Assembly: GCF_036321535.1 (NCBI RefSeq) | Contig: NC_087436.1 | Coordinates: 61,010,001-61,074,000 of the forward strand | Source of the DNA: Camelus dromedarius | Lineage: Eukaryota | DNA length: 64,000 bases | Reading direction: 5' to 3' | In this document: positions 25,687-37,655 of the stretch, in pieces | How positions within the stretch are numbered: position 1 is the stretch's first letter | Layout: each line of letters opens with the position of its first letter | Notes under the pieces: generated by a model | What the model saw: only the letters and a program-made list of their open reading frames with translations | What the model was told of the DNA's origin: nothing | The model's database searches: none | Position numbers and translations under genes: made by a program

Positions 25687-28600
25687 ATTTTCTCACACAC
25701 ACCAGCCAAGTTCTGGCCGTTGGGTGACCAGCACAGTCACAAGAGTCAGGTCTGGGGACCTGTGAAACTCATGGTCACCAGCGGGGTGACTGTCTCCCCC
25801 ATTCCCTGGACTGGACCTAAGAGGGGCCACAGGGTTTTGTTCTGATACATGGAGTGGATTAGGATCCTAGGACATCTGAAAAAAACTTCATCCCAAAGGA
25901 GTATCAAGAAAAGAAGGGACAGTCATCTCTGGCTGATGTGTACTGAACTGGCTGCCTTATGGGGGTGGCAGGCCAAGTGTTTTTTCATTCACTCTCTTAT
26001 GGGGGAAGCCAGGAGGTGGCTCCTGAGTCTGGGAGCAGACTGAGTAGAGCTCACTGGTTATAAAGTTGCTGGCCAGGCTCTGTAAGAAAGGGCTGGGAGG
26101 TGGAGAAAGGAAACCACATTTCTTTGAGCTCAGTCAGACAGGAGAAAGGGGCCGTGAGTAATGACAGGCCAGGCAGAGCAGGTGAAAAGAAAGAGGGCTC
26201 AGATGAGGCAGGAATGAGGCAGGGGGCCGCTAACTTGCCCACATCACGACTGGGTCCTGAACAGGCCTGCCCTTGCCCTGACAGTTATCTTCCAGTGAAC
26301 CAAAGGCTCAGTGGTGCAGAAAGAGCCAAGCTGGATCAGCTCCTGCCTCCTGCACTACAGCTCTGATGTGAGACACACCCGAGTGGAGAGGGGCCTCTGG
26401 CTCCCCAGCCCTCACCTGTCAAAACTCAGGCAGCATCCTGATCTCTGCCCCAGCCTGCCCTCTCCAGCTGGGCTGAGCGTCTCTAACAAGCAGCCTCGCT
26501 GCACGGTCCCCTCGCCTCGCCTCCTCTAACGCAGAGCTGCGCTGCCGCTGAAGCACTTCACTCTCCATCACACGCTCTGGCTTCCCCAGGCGGGTCCTTT
26601 GGAAGCCAGGGTTGCGGTGTAATTGCTGCAGCTGCTATTGAAATTCACTTTTGGCTTTCTGTTCCCTGAGCAGAAAGTTCTGAAAGCTCCCACGGAGAAG
26701 GAGCGGGCTCTGTATCCCGCAGGCTTGGACTGTCCTGACAAATTCCTAAAGCCGCATTTCTGTGTGGTCTCTTTCAAAACCTTCTGAAGGTTCCAGGAGA
26801 TCTATTTCTTGATAAATTTTTCTCCCTTGCTTGGGGTCAGACCAGAAGAGAGTTGAACAGATGTTAGATCTGAAGCTTTCCCGATTCAAACACTTGACCA
26901 CCAGCCTGCTAATCTGCCGTGATGTAAATGAAATGCCTTTGAGCTTTTCTCACTCAGGGAAAAAGACAAGCCTCCAAGAGAGCTGGAGACGTCCCTTCTT
27001 CAAGAAAAACAACATGAAAGAACAGGGTGACTTGAGTCAGCTGCACTTCTGCCTGCTAAAATATTAAAGTGCTCTTTTTATTCCTCTCACAAAGTCAAAA
27101 TAGATTACACGTAACTGAGTTCTCAAACTGCTACATAGATTTTTCCCTCTTCTGCAAGTGGTCACCTGATGGACAAAAAATATGCTTCAATTCCTATAAA
27201 TGCAAATTCCCTCAAGAGAGTAGCCCTACAATGAACTACAGCTTAAATGTGGAGTAAATATTGTGTTCCCAGCCAGGAATACTGATGGTTCCGTGCTGGG
27301 GGCAGGCCTCAGTCAGCACTAAGGGCTAAAACCTCCGGTGAAAGCACACATTTGAGTGTGTTGACAGTTATCTTAGTGATTTTCTCCTATACCCTATTTG
27401 GAGTTTCCAGAAAGGCCCGGCAATGATCAAACACCACACACAAATGTTACGTCCCAAGAGGTCCTGCTTGGGAAAACTGTCATGTCAGCTGCCCCTAGCA
27501 CACAAGCCGTTCAAGAGACTCTTGGCTGCAATTAAGGAGACTGCCTCTCAGATCGCCAAGGGCTGGGAAGGGCTGATGCTAGACTGGGCTCGGGGATCTG
27601 TATGAAGGCCGCTCAGACGCGTTCATTCATGTAAGACATACCGCCTTTCCCTGAATGTAGTATGACATTACAAGGCATACCACATTACCACAAAAGCCAA
27701 TTAAACGATGACATCAACTTTGTTATCATATGTAATTTCTTTTTTAGGCTAATTAGAGCGATTTAGAGAGGAATGTGTCATTCACCCCCCTTGTCAATGC
27801 ACCAAAAAGAAAACAGAAGCAAGATAAATTCTTTAAGATACTCCTAATGCTTTTTCATACCCAAGAGTTTGACTTCTGTGAGTCACCTTTGTTTTAAGCT
27901 GTTAATTTTGAAATAATTTTAGGTTTACAGAAGAGAGAGACAGTAATACAGATGCTGCTGGTCTCTGGGCCACACTGTGACCAGCAAGGCTGCAGGAGAA
28001 CACCCAGATTTACGTACCAGAACTAGTAACACAGCTAGTCCGCGATGGCCAACCTTCAATTCCTTATTTGGAAACTGGGATGTTAATTCCCCTTACCTTC
28101 CAAGGCTGTTGTGAGGTTTCTAAGGAAACATCCTCAGAAACCCTCAGTAACTGTAAAGTACCATAAAGTACTATACAAGCCTCAGTTATCATTATCACAC
28201 CCCACAAGGCACTATGCAGAGTTCTGGCCCTGAAGGAGTTTACAGTCTAGTCAGTAATGGTCCTTTACGTTACCTGGTGCTGCACAGTTCTGCACAGTGA
28301 TGTCATACCTATTCTATAATTTGACTTTTGCAACAATCCTCTGAAGTAGGTAGACTAAACTGTGCCTTTGTTTATTTTATATATATATATTATCCCAACA
28401 TTTTGAAGCGGTTGCTTTTTTCATAGTGGTAAACTCTACTTTGAACACATCGGCTGGTCCTTGCCAACACTCTTACTGTAAGTAACTTCACCCCATATGA
28501 ATGGGGCTTTGTCAACACTGGGTTACTAGGTCTATTTTACCTGGTCTGAACCTTTCTTACTTTCCAGATACAAAACTTCGTAACCCTGACCTGCTTTGGG

Positions 28601-30961
28601 GCCCAGGAGATTTCATGGCTGGCTCCTCTCTCTGGTGACCCACTGCTCGGTAGAGGCACTGAGGAAGGAGGGGAGCTGGGTATTGCTGCTCCAGCGGTTT
28701 CTGATCAACCTCTGTAGGACGGTTAAGTCAATTCAACAAGTTAGCTTTTTCAAAGGCACCAGACCATTCTGACATTAATCCAGCTTGGGATAAAACAGAG
28801 TTCAACTATTAATTTTAACAGAGTTCAACACATTAATTTTAAGTCAAAAATAAACATCCCTCCCTCCATTATCAACCCTGGCTCTCTTCTCCTGACCTCC
28901 TTTCTCTTGCAGGCTTCATGGGGTGGTGGCCTTGATCAGCCTGAAAACTCCACACAGATCAGGCTTGGGAAAGCTTTCCTTAGATATTTCTAAAGTCCCT
29001 CCCGCTCTCCCACGTGCCTCATAAAGAGTAAAGGACTCACTGGGAAATCTTTAAAATTGCCTAAAATAGCTAGACTCATTCACTTACATACTCCTAAGTC
29101 TTCTTTCATCTCCAAGCTTTCCAACAGTGCAGTCCTGGATCTAAATTACAAAAAAGGGCACACTCATATGCTCCGGCTTAAAAGTTCTTTTGACAGTAAT
29201 TCAGGTTTTTTGTTTTTTCTTTTTAAACAGTTGCTAAAAACAAGATGTTATTTGTCTTACAATTAAAAACACAGATGAGGTAAGATCATTTGTGGGGTAG
29301 CCTGAGGTAAAGGAAGCACCATTATCTTATCCACTGTGGGGAGGAATTCAGAACACTGGAAGGCTGGCTGGCCTTGGACTCCGTCCAGGGGAGTTCTGTC
29401 CCTAAGCAAAAGAGAGCCTTATAAGGCAGCTTCTCCTAGAAGGCAAGTCTATGACAAACCCTGAGGGCAGGCCCTAGAGAAAGATGGGCTTCTCACTCCC
29501 AAGTAACAAACCACATCAAACAAATGCCTGCTCAGCTCAATCCCTCCATCTCAGGTCCATGTAAAAGGCCTCAAGTTTTAACATCCTCTCTCAGACGCTT
29601 CCCCTCCTCCCTTCGGTGCTCTCTAGCTCCACAAAAAGAGAATCTTTGAAACATAATTCTCCTGACTCCCACACGAGCACATCACAGTATGCAATAGTTT
29701 TTACTGCAAGTTCTTCCTGGAGTGTAATCGAAATGTGCCTTGTGGCTGTGTGGTTCTAGGACTGTTAATTTGTCTCCTGAAGAATTGTAGAACAGTAGGT
29801 CAGGCACCTTCCATTTAATAACTAATTCCCAAACCATGAAGAAACATTTACTTGTTCTTTGGGTTACTTTCCTTGAAAAGAGTCTTAAGTCCTTTAAGAC
29901 CCTTCTTCAAGGCTGCTTGTTTTCTTTTCTAAAGCTTCCTCAGGTTTTCAAATCTTTCCTAAGATGCGGTGATTAAAACTGGGTAAAGGGATAAGAAAGA
30001 ACCAGTGACTTACTCAACTTTCTAGAACTTTCTGTGTGCAATTAACGGCAACTGAGGCCAGGAAAAAATTTTTAAAGCATTTCTATTCAGGTGGGGTAGA
30101 CTCTTTGAGATGTGACTTTTTCTGTTTCTGATCTGCAAGCAGAGAGAGAAAGAGGAATGGGGATTACAGGAGGAAGAGCTTGCTGACATGATCGAGTGGC
30201 TGTAATTCAGAAGCAGGGCTGGCTAACGAGGGCACTTTGTGAGGGGTCATTTAGTAAGAACACAGCGCAGTACTGGCTTCTCACTCCCAAGTAACAGCTT
30301 GCCATGGCAGGCTGGGAACCCAGGTTTGACAATGCTTCTAAGATTTGAGAGAGAAAGCAGAGGTCCTGTGAGGAGGGAGTCTAGCTAGCACCTCTTGCCT
30401 GGGTTGTAGTAACAGCTTCCTAACGGAAGTCTCTGCAGTCTTGCCCCCTTTCAATCCATCCTCCTCAGGGCAGCCAACAGAGATGTTTAAAAAGCACAAA
30501 TCCAATTATATCACTCAAGCAATGCTGTGACAGCATCTAAACTTCTTAATTAGCCCTCCATCACTGGGCTCTGTTCAGTGTCCAGCTGCCACCTCTGCCC
30601 TCCCTCCCTGCGAGGCAGCCCCATGGAACCACGTGCTATTCCTTCTGCCCAGAATGCTCTTCTCATCCCCCCCTAACTCCATCCCAACCTCCAGCCTCGT
30701 CTCCAGCCAATTCCTTCTTACCCCCACCTCAGGGAGGACCCCATTCTTCCAGGAAGTCATTTCAGGCTCTTTCTCCACAAATCTGGGTTAAGGATCCCCC
30801 TCCTCTGTGCTCCCTGATCATCTCTGTGGCATCATTATGTTAATTTAGCAAAGTGCTGCCCTGACTTGCACCCCCCACCCCCACCCAAGATAAATCAGAC
30901 CAGAATAATTTCATTCAGTTCTGGAACCCTTGTTTCAAATTTCAATGAAGCTCTACAATTT

Positions 30962-31746
30962 TGACACCAGTTACAATGGTGTGTTTTTCCCCACACCACC
31001 AAGTAACTCCCTGACACCAGCTGGGCATCCTACAATTCAACTCAATTCTGACGCTACCTGGAGAGAGATCACACAGGTTAAGGGCTCAGTCCCACAGGAC
31101 TACCCCCTCCACCCAATTCAGACCCCAATCACAAGTTCAGGTTGTCATATGTGTTTCTGACAGACTGGCCACAAATTAGAAGTTCAATTAATTTGCTACA
31201 GTGGCTCACAGAACTCAGAGAAACATTTTACTTACTGGTTTACTGGTTTATTATAGAAGGATGTGACTCAGGAGCAGCCAGATGAATGAGGTGCTCAGGG
31301 CAAGGTGTGGGGAAAGGAGCCTAGAGCTTCCACGCGCTCAGAGCGAGTCACTCTCCCAGCACCTCCACGTGTTCACCAGCCTGGGGGCTCTCCTGACCAG
31401 TCCTTTGGGGTTTTATGGAGACTTCATTACATAGGCACGATTGATTAAATCATTCACTCATTGGTGACTGAACTCAATCTCCAGCCCCTCTCCTCCCCCG
31501 GGAGGTTAGGGGGTCTGGGGCAAGACTGAAAGCGCCAATCCACTAGTCCCACGGTTGGCCCCACTGGCAACCAGCCCCCATCCTGAGGTGACCTAGGGGC
31601 TTTCCGAAAGTCACCTCACCAACATAACAAAAGACACCTTCATCTGCTTGTAATACTCAGAAAATTCCACAGGTTTTAGGGAAATATGTGGCAGGAATTG
31701 AATGAAGGTCAAGTATATACTTCTTATTATAAATCACAATATTATA
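30962..31746 (-). mobile_element. LTR, MER21-like
   Basis: The minus strand starts 'tataatattgtgatttataataagaag'. Internal motifs 'acaattcaactcaattctgac' and 'ggttaagggctcagtcccaca' resemble the MER21 consensus as recalled. Confidence 0.75.
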
Positions 31747-31813
31747 AATTCATAAATTCTTTGAAGGATAGTAGTAGAACACGGGCATTTATTTTTATTT
31801 ATTTATTTCTTCT

Positions 31814-31916
31814 TATGGAACACTTCACGTATTTGTGTGTCATCCTTGTGCTGGGGCCACACTAATCTTCTCTGTTATCGTTTCAGTTTTAGTATATGTG
31901 CAGCCAAAGCGAGCAC
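31814..31916 (-). pseudogene. RNU6 (pseudogene): U6 snRNA processed pseudogene (essentially full length, diverged)
   Basis: The minus strand reads GTGCTCGCTTTGGCTGCACATATACTAAAACTGAAACGATAACAGAGAAGATTAGTGTGGCCCCAGCACAAGGATGACACACAAATACGTGAAGTGTTCCATA. It is followed by an A-rich tail (31791-31813) and flanked by TSD TAGAACAYGGGMATTT (31775-31790 / 31917-31932). Confidence 0.95.
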
Positions 31917-32869
31917 TAGAACATGGGAATTTAAATGATACATTACCAACAGAACAATGAGCCTAAAACGAACTTCTCGAAAAACAAATGTTTAAAATTC
32001 ATCAAATAAAATGCGTTTCTGAATATCAAAATCTTTACTGAAGCTTTTCCCATTTACAGAATGGTTTCTGTTGCTCTCAACCTAATTCTAACCAGCAAGA
32101 AGATGTGGAAATGGGATTTGAGGGGGAAAGTGACCACCTAATGTTAGAGTTCAGAACAGCAGAGGATGGGAAGGCGAGCCAATGTCCGATGCACTCCCTG
32201 GCTCACACATCAGGCAGGCAGAAGACACAGGGAGAATAGAAGGCAGACAGGCAGAAGAGTCCACTGCCTGGTTTCCAACGAGAAGGCACTTTCTTAAGAG
32301 GATTCCTGCGTTTTGTCAACAAATATTTAGAAAGTGTCCAACTATTAGCCAGTCATTGAGTTTATAAGGAATAGGAAGATGGAGTCCCTCTTTTAGGATG
32401 CTGCCGGTCCTGAGAGGAAGACAGACATTCAGAGAGCCCTTTGGAGGCTGTGGAAGGTTCTACACTAACTGGAAGAGCTCTATGTCCCCTCAGGAGCTCT
32501 GCTCCCTTTGCAGAAATCCTCACAAGGTCCTCAGCATGGCTCGGTCCACCCACCTACCACGGCTCATCCATCCCTAGTCTCTGTCCTACTCCCTGGTGCA
32601 CATTCTTCACAGCGCACGCTACTATGTGAAAATATGTTTACTTGTTCCTGTCTAAAACTTACAGTAAATGCCACAAGAGAGGGATCTTGTGTACCTTATT
32701 CAAGGCTGCCTACCCTGGGACTAGAAGAGTGCTTGGCAAATTCATTCATCCATTCAACATATGTTTAAAGCATCTACTAGTGCCAGGCACTGATCTAGGC
32801 CCTTGGGAATAGAACAGGGAGCAAAAATTCCCTTCCCTTAAGGAGCTTAATTTCAAGTTGAAATAATGA

Positions 32870-33085
32870 GAGCAATGAATATTCATTGAGTGTTTTCTAC
32901 AGATAACTTTCACACTGAATCTTCACAGTTCTACAGGACAGGTATGATTATAATCCCTGCATTACAGGTGAGGAAACCCAGGTCCAGAGAGGTCAGGGAA
33001 CTTGCTCAAGGCTAAGTTACTGGCAGAGTTAAGATTCACACCCAGAGAGTCTGGTTCTAGAACTCAGCGTCTTAACTATTCTGCT
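32870..33085 (-). mobile_element. MIR SINE
   Basis: 'cattacaggtgaggaaacccaggtccagagagg...aacttgctcaagg'. Confidence 0.75.
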
Positions 33086-33149
33086 CCAAGGCCTCTTCTC
33101 ATATATACATGTTACATGTGCAATAAATACTGTTGGAGAAGTGGCTGGA

Positions 33150-34010
33150 AGGCAGAGGAGCTGAATAGATATTTTTCCAAACAAAAATACATACAGATGG
33201 CCAATAGGCATAAGAAGGATATTCAACATCACTAATTATTAGGGAAATGCACATCAAAACCACAATGAGATATGACTTCACACCTGTCAGAATGGCTATT
33301 ACCAAAAAGGTAAGAAATAACAAGTGTTGGTGAGGATGTGGATAAAAGGAAACCCTCATGCACTGTTGGTGGGAATGTAAACTGGTGCAGCTACTATGGA
33401 AAACAGTATAGATGTTCCTCAAAAAATTAAGAATAGAACTACTCAGCTATCGCACTTCTGACTATTTACCCAAAGAATACGAAAGCACTAATTTGAAATA
33501 TATGCACCACTATGTTCATCACAGCATTGTTTACAATTGCCAAGATACAGAAACAACCTGAGTGCCCAGTGATGGATGACTGGATAAACATGTGGTATAT
33601 GTAAACAATGGAAAGCTGTTCTGCCATGAAAAAGATGAAATCTTGTCATTTGCAACAACATGGATGGATCTTGAGGGTATTGTGCCAAGTGAAATAAGTC
33701 AGAAGGAGAAATGATTTAAATTATATGTGGAATAAAAAAACCCAAAAAACAAAAATAAGTGAACAAACCAAACCAAACAAAAACCAACATGTAGACAGAG
33801 AGAACAGAGCAGTGGTCACCAGAGGGGATAGGGTGAATGGCAAAATCGATAAAGGGGGTCAACTGCATGGTGACAGATGGAAACAAAATTTTTAGTGGTG
33901 AGCACCCTGTCAGGTGTACAGAAGAAGAAACATAATGCTGTACATGTCAAGTGAAACTTATGTAATGTTATAAACCAATGTTATCCTAATGAAAAATAGA
34001 TTTAAAAAAG
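33150..34010 (+). mobile_element. L1 3' fragment (end of ORF2 plus 3' UTR)
   Basis: 'atcaaaaccacaatgagatatgacttcacacctgtcagaatggctatt', 'atttgcaacaacatggatggatcttgaggg' and an A-rich end. Confidence 0.9.
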
Positions 34011-37000
34011 TAACACCCTCCACTCCCCAACAAAAAATGTATAAACAGAATCAGAACATATAAAATAATGGCTGGAAGCCTACACTGAGCTGAAGAAGGA
34101 CAAGGACATCATTATGGCAGGTGGTGGGGAGAGAGTCAAGGGGCTTCCCAGGGAAGGTGGCACAGCTGATCCTTGAAGGCTAAGGTTCAAAGCGGGGAAA
34201 GGAAAGTGAGGGTGTGATTGCAAACAACAGCAAAGAGCGAACAATTATTGTGGACCATAAAGGGGGTTGGAGAGAAGAGGCCAAAATAAGAGTTATTGTG
34301 AAGAGCCTCGTATGCCCTGCTAAGTAGTTTTAACTTGGTCCTAAAAGTATTAACAAGGGAGACCCTTAAGAATGAATTCTGATTCCACAAGTCAACATTA
34401 ATTCTGAGGGAGAAGAAGAGGGGATGGGACCCAAAGGGACCAAGAGATTGCCACGGAGCTCAGATATAAAAGACCAAGAACATAGGGGTACCAAGAAGCG
34501 GAATAAAGGAGCACCATGTTCTCTTCGGCCTGTGAGATGTTATTATACATCTTGGCATTTCTATTTACTTTTTATTAAACTGAATTTTCAAATCCCCTCT
34601 TCCAGTTACCCATGACTTCAGGGACCTCAATAAGACCTAATGGCACTAAATTCATGGTGACAGTTTCAAGATTTGAGATTATTAACTCATTATCTTTTAT
34701 GCAGATTTTCAAAAAGATGGCTTTGCTTCTTATCACAGAGGAAGGTACAAAAAACAAGTGGACCAGCATCTCTCCCCAGAAGGTGGGTAAGTGGTGACTT
34801 CAGAAAAGAAGGGACTGGGAAAAGACGGGGAGTGTCTCCATGGCTCCAGGGAAAGTGCTTTGAGAGGTAGGTTTGTAACCTGTATGGATTCTTTCTTAAT
34901 CAGCAAGACCAGACCTGTTTTGTGCATCCCCAGCTGCACAGCACCTAGCACAGTGCGGACACATGCGAGATGCTCAATAAATGTAGGCTAAATGAGACCA
35001 ACAGTGATGCTCACTCCCTCTCAATATTTGAGGAAGCATAATTCAAGTTTCTTCTGAGGGTAGAAAAGGCTGGAAGAACCCAGAGAATGTATTTCCTACT
35101 CTTTGCAAAGCCCCAGTAGTAAATGGCACAGAAGTACGTGGCACTCTGATGGGTTTGCTTCTATAATTGTCAAAACACATCCAGGAATCAGGAGAAATCT
35201 ATTAGGAAATCTGGGTGTAGTCCCATTTATCTCTGCTGAGGAAAAGTACTCTGGTGAACCTCACATCCTTTTCTGCTCTCTCTGGCATTCTCCCTATAGG
35301 GCCCCAGGCCCTGGACCCTGTATCTCTAAATTTAGGTTGGGGAAAAAAGGCTAATTTGTGTCAAGGTTTTCAGTTTTAGATGCTATTTCTCTTAACATTT
35401 TCCCAAACATAAAGAAAAACCAGGTCTGTACCCTCATGGGGTTTGCAGTCTGGAGAGATGCAGAGATGGGTTTACACGATAATGGAGTTATGTGACTCCT
35501 TCTATATGACTATCCAGCTCAACATTTGATAATTGCACTGTGTGATTGTTTAGAGATGTAAATAGCAGAAGAGAAGATGGATAAAACTACCTACAGGCTA
35601 GAACTGACAATACTTAAATCATCATCGAGGTAACCTTCTGCTTTGACAAGGCAAGTTCCATGGATTTGGAAAGACTATGGGGAAAAATTCCCCTTGGAAT
35701 GTGCAAGAAAAATGTCAGTATTTGGAATGAATTCTTAAACTATGGACATTTCTCTTTTCATGGCATGACTGATAAATTAGACCCAAAGGCACAAATGATT
35801 GGTTCTGTTGGAAAAGTATGCAGATTATTTGGATTGTGATTTTCTAAATTTAAGGTGATGATAATGTGAATAGTAAGTTGTTAACACTATTTAAGGCTTT
35901 CAATAGTGAACTCTGAAATCAGTGACAGATGACCTATTAGTGTCTGGGCTTCTGGGAAAAACTCTAAAAAAAAAAAAAAAGAATTATTTGGAAAGCTTAG
36001 AGAAAGTCTGAGCTGTGTTAAAGAAGCAACTGCTTCTGTCATTTCAGGAGAACTACCTCCTCTCTTTTCTACCTTGGCTCAGACCAGGAGAGGGACTGCC
36101 AAGGTTGGATTTCTAACTTTCCCTTGAAACTACTGCCTATGGAAAATGTTATTTCAGACATTAGAATTAAAAGCCCCCCCCCCCCTTTTTTTTTTGCAAG
36201 TCCAGACTCTATTTTCCCGTTTCATTTATGACAAGCTTGGTTGGACTTGTTTGGAATAAAATAAAAGATCAAACATAACCTCAAAGGCATTCCTGCTGAA
36301 CAATGCATCCTGGGGACAAATTACGCAAAAAAGGAACAAGAAAGAAAAACAAAATGGTCATAAGGTTCACAACATAAACAACATCATTAAAAAGCATTCT
36401 TCAAAGAGTTTGGGGGGTTTTGCCCACATATAATTAGATAGTTAGATTACTGTTTGAGACTCTAACTTCCAGTGAGTGAATTATTTTCCTTAATATTAAG
36501 AAAGAAGAAACCATGAAATCCAATTTGTAAAATTCTTACAATCTAGCCAATTAAATGTGGGACAATTAACTTCTCTCTGAGAGTCCTTATTTTGTATCTC
36601 ATCGTCAAACTCCTTTCTCCTCTTGACTTCATCTCTATACACCCAAGCCAAGAAAGAACGAAAAGAAAATGACAACTCTGGGTTGCCAAAAGAGTGGGGG
36701 CAGCTTTTGAAGATCGATTTGCCAGCGGTTAGCACGAGCTGGATGAGCTTTGGGGATGCGAGTGTCTGTGGAATCGGGAATCTTTTCCATATATACACTT
36801 GGCATGCAGTCCTCACTTTCTTGGCGCACGCACCGAACTCTCAAAATAAAACCACCAAAAAAAGAGAAGGGGAGACTACGCCCATCCCTCCAGGCATCCC
36901 TCGGCCGCCAACTCCTCCCCGCCCCTCCTGCCCAGGGGAGGAGCCGCGGGAACCAGCTGGGCCGCGGGCCGCGGGCCGCAGACGCCCTATCAGGTCTGCC

Positions 37001-37068
37001 CCGCGAGGGGGCGCCCTGCTCTCCGGGCTGAGCGGGGCGGGGTCGGAGGGGAACGCGCTCATGCCCAC

Positions 37069-37543
37069 CTTGCTCGCAGGTGCCCTTGCTGACCTGGGTG
37101 ACGGCCTTCTCTCCGCGGCTCTCGGCCCTCAGGCTGGCGGCGCGCAGCTGGCAGCCGCTGGGGTAGGTGATGCCGTCACTGCCGCACACCGGGTAGCGGC
37201 TCTTGCACACGCACACGCCGCTCACCACCGGGCCACCGGCTGCTGCCCCGGCTTTACCCTTCCGCCTCTTGCGGCTCTTCACGCACTCCATGCCCGGCGC
37301 GCAGTGCCCCCTGCCGGCTCCGCCGCCCCCGCACGGCTCGCCCTCGCCGCGGGCGCACACCGGGCAGCAGCCACACGCGTCGCGGGTCTCGCCCAGCGGG
37401 CAGCCTCGCGGGGGCAGGGGCGGGCAGGCGGCCGGCTCGCAGGGGCCACAGGCGTCCGAAGAGGAGGAAGAGGAGAGGGGCAGGAGCAGGAGCAGCAGCC
37501 CGGCGGCGCCAAGGAGCAGGGCGGGCAGCGGCGGCCGCTCCAT
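37069..37543 (-). CDS. IGFBP7: Insulin-like growth factor-binding protein 7, coding exon 1 (codons 1-158 plus 1 nt): signal peptide, IGFBP N-terminal domain, basic linker, Kazal-like domain
   Basis: ATG at 37543 in good Kozak context (GCC ATG G). Translation MERPPLPALLLGAAGLLLLLLPLSSSSSSD...GCGCC-like 'ACGCCPVC'...KSRKRRKGK...CVCKSRYPVCGSDGITYPSGCQL...KGTCEQ matches IGFBP7. The exon ends at a phase-1 donor CAAG|GTGGGC after 475 coding nt. Exon 2 (GPSIVTPPKD...) is not among the ORFs in the window. Confidence 0.97.
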
Positions 37544-37580
37544 GGCTAACCGTGGTGGCGGTGGCGGGAGCGCGCGCGCG

Positions 37581-37655
37581 AGTGAGCCGGCGCCCTCCGG
37601 CCGGCCCTTTAAACCCGGTGCCCCGCCCGGCCGGACCGCGGGAACCACACCCCGT
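37581..37655 (-). promoter_or_regulatory. IGFBP7 core promoter: TATA-like TTTAAA (37613-37608), Inr-like CTCACT (predicted TSS ~37583), Sp1/KLF boxes
   Basis: On the minus strand GGGTTTAAAGGG lies about 30 nt upstream of TCA(+1)CT. GC box CCCCGCCC at 37621-37628 and CACACCC at about 37647-37653. The implied 5' UTR is about 40 nt. Confidence 0.7.

Larger units (their letters stand above)
1..37068 (-). other. IGFBP7: IGFBP7 intron 1 (5' part; continues beyond the window start)
   Basis: GT donor at 37068-37067. No further IGFBP7 coding exon was recognised. The sequence is repeat-rich and non-coding. Confidence 0.85.

Noticed and set aside
36623..37549. 308-aa + strand ORF antisense to IGFBP7 exon 1 (and the 222-aa ORF at 37203-37871)
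   Set aside because: These are Ala/Gly/Pro/Arg-rich shadow ORFs expected in a CpG island. They have no recognisable domain, and the 308-aa ORF starts at TTG.
37544..37648. 35-aa N-terminal extension of IGFBP7 in the ORF track
   Set aside because: It starts at a GTG upstream of the TATA-like box and predicted TSS. The ATG at 37543 gives the known signal-peptide N-terminus.
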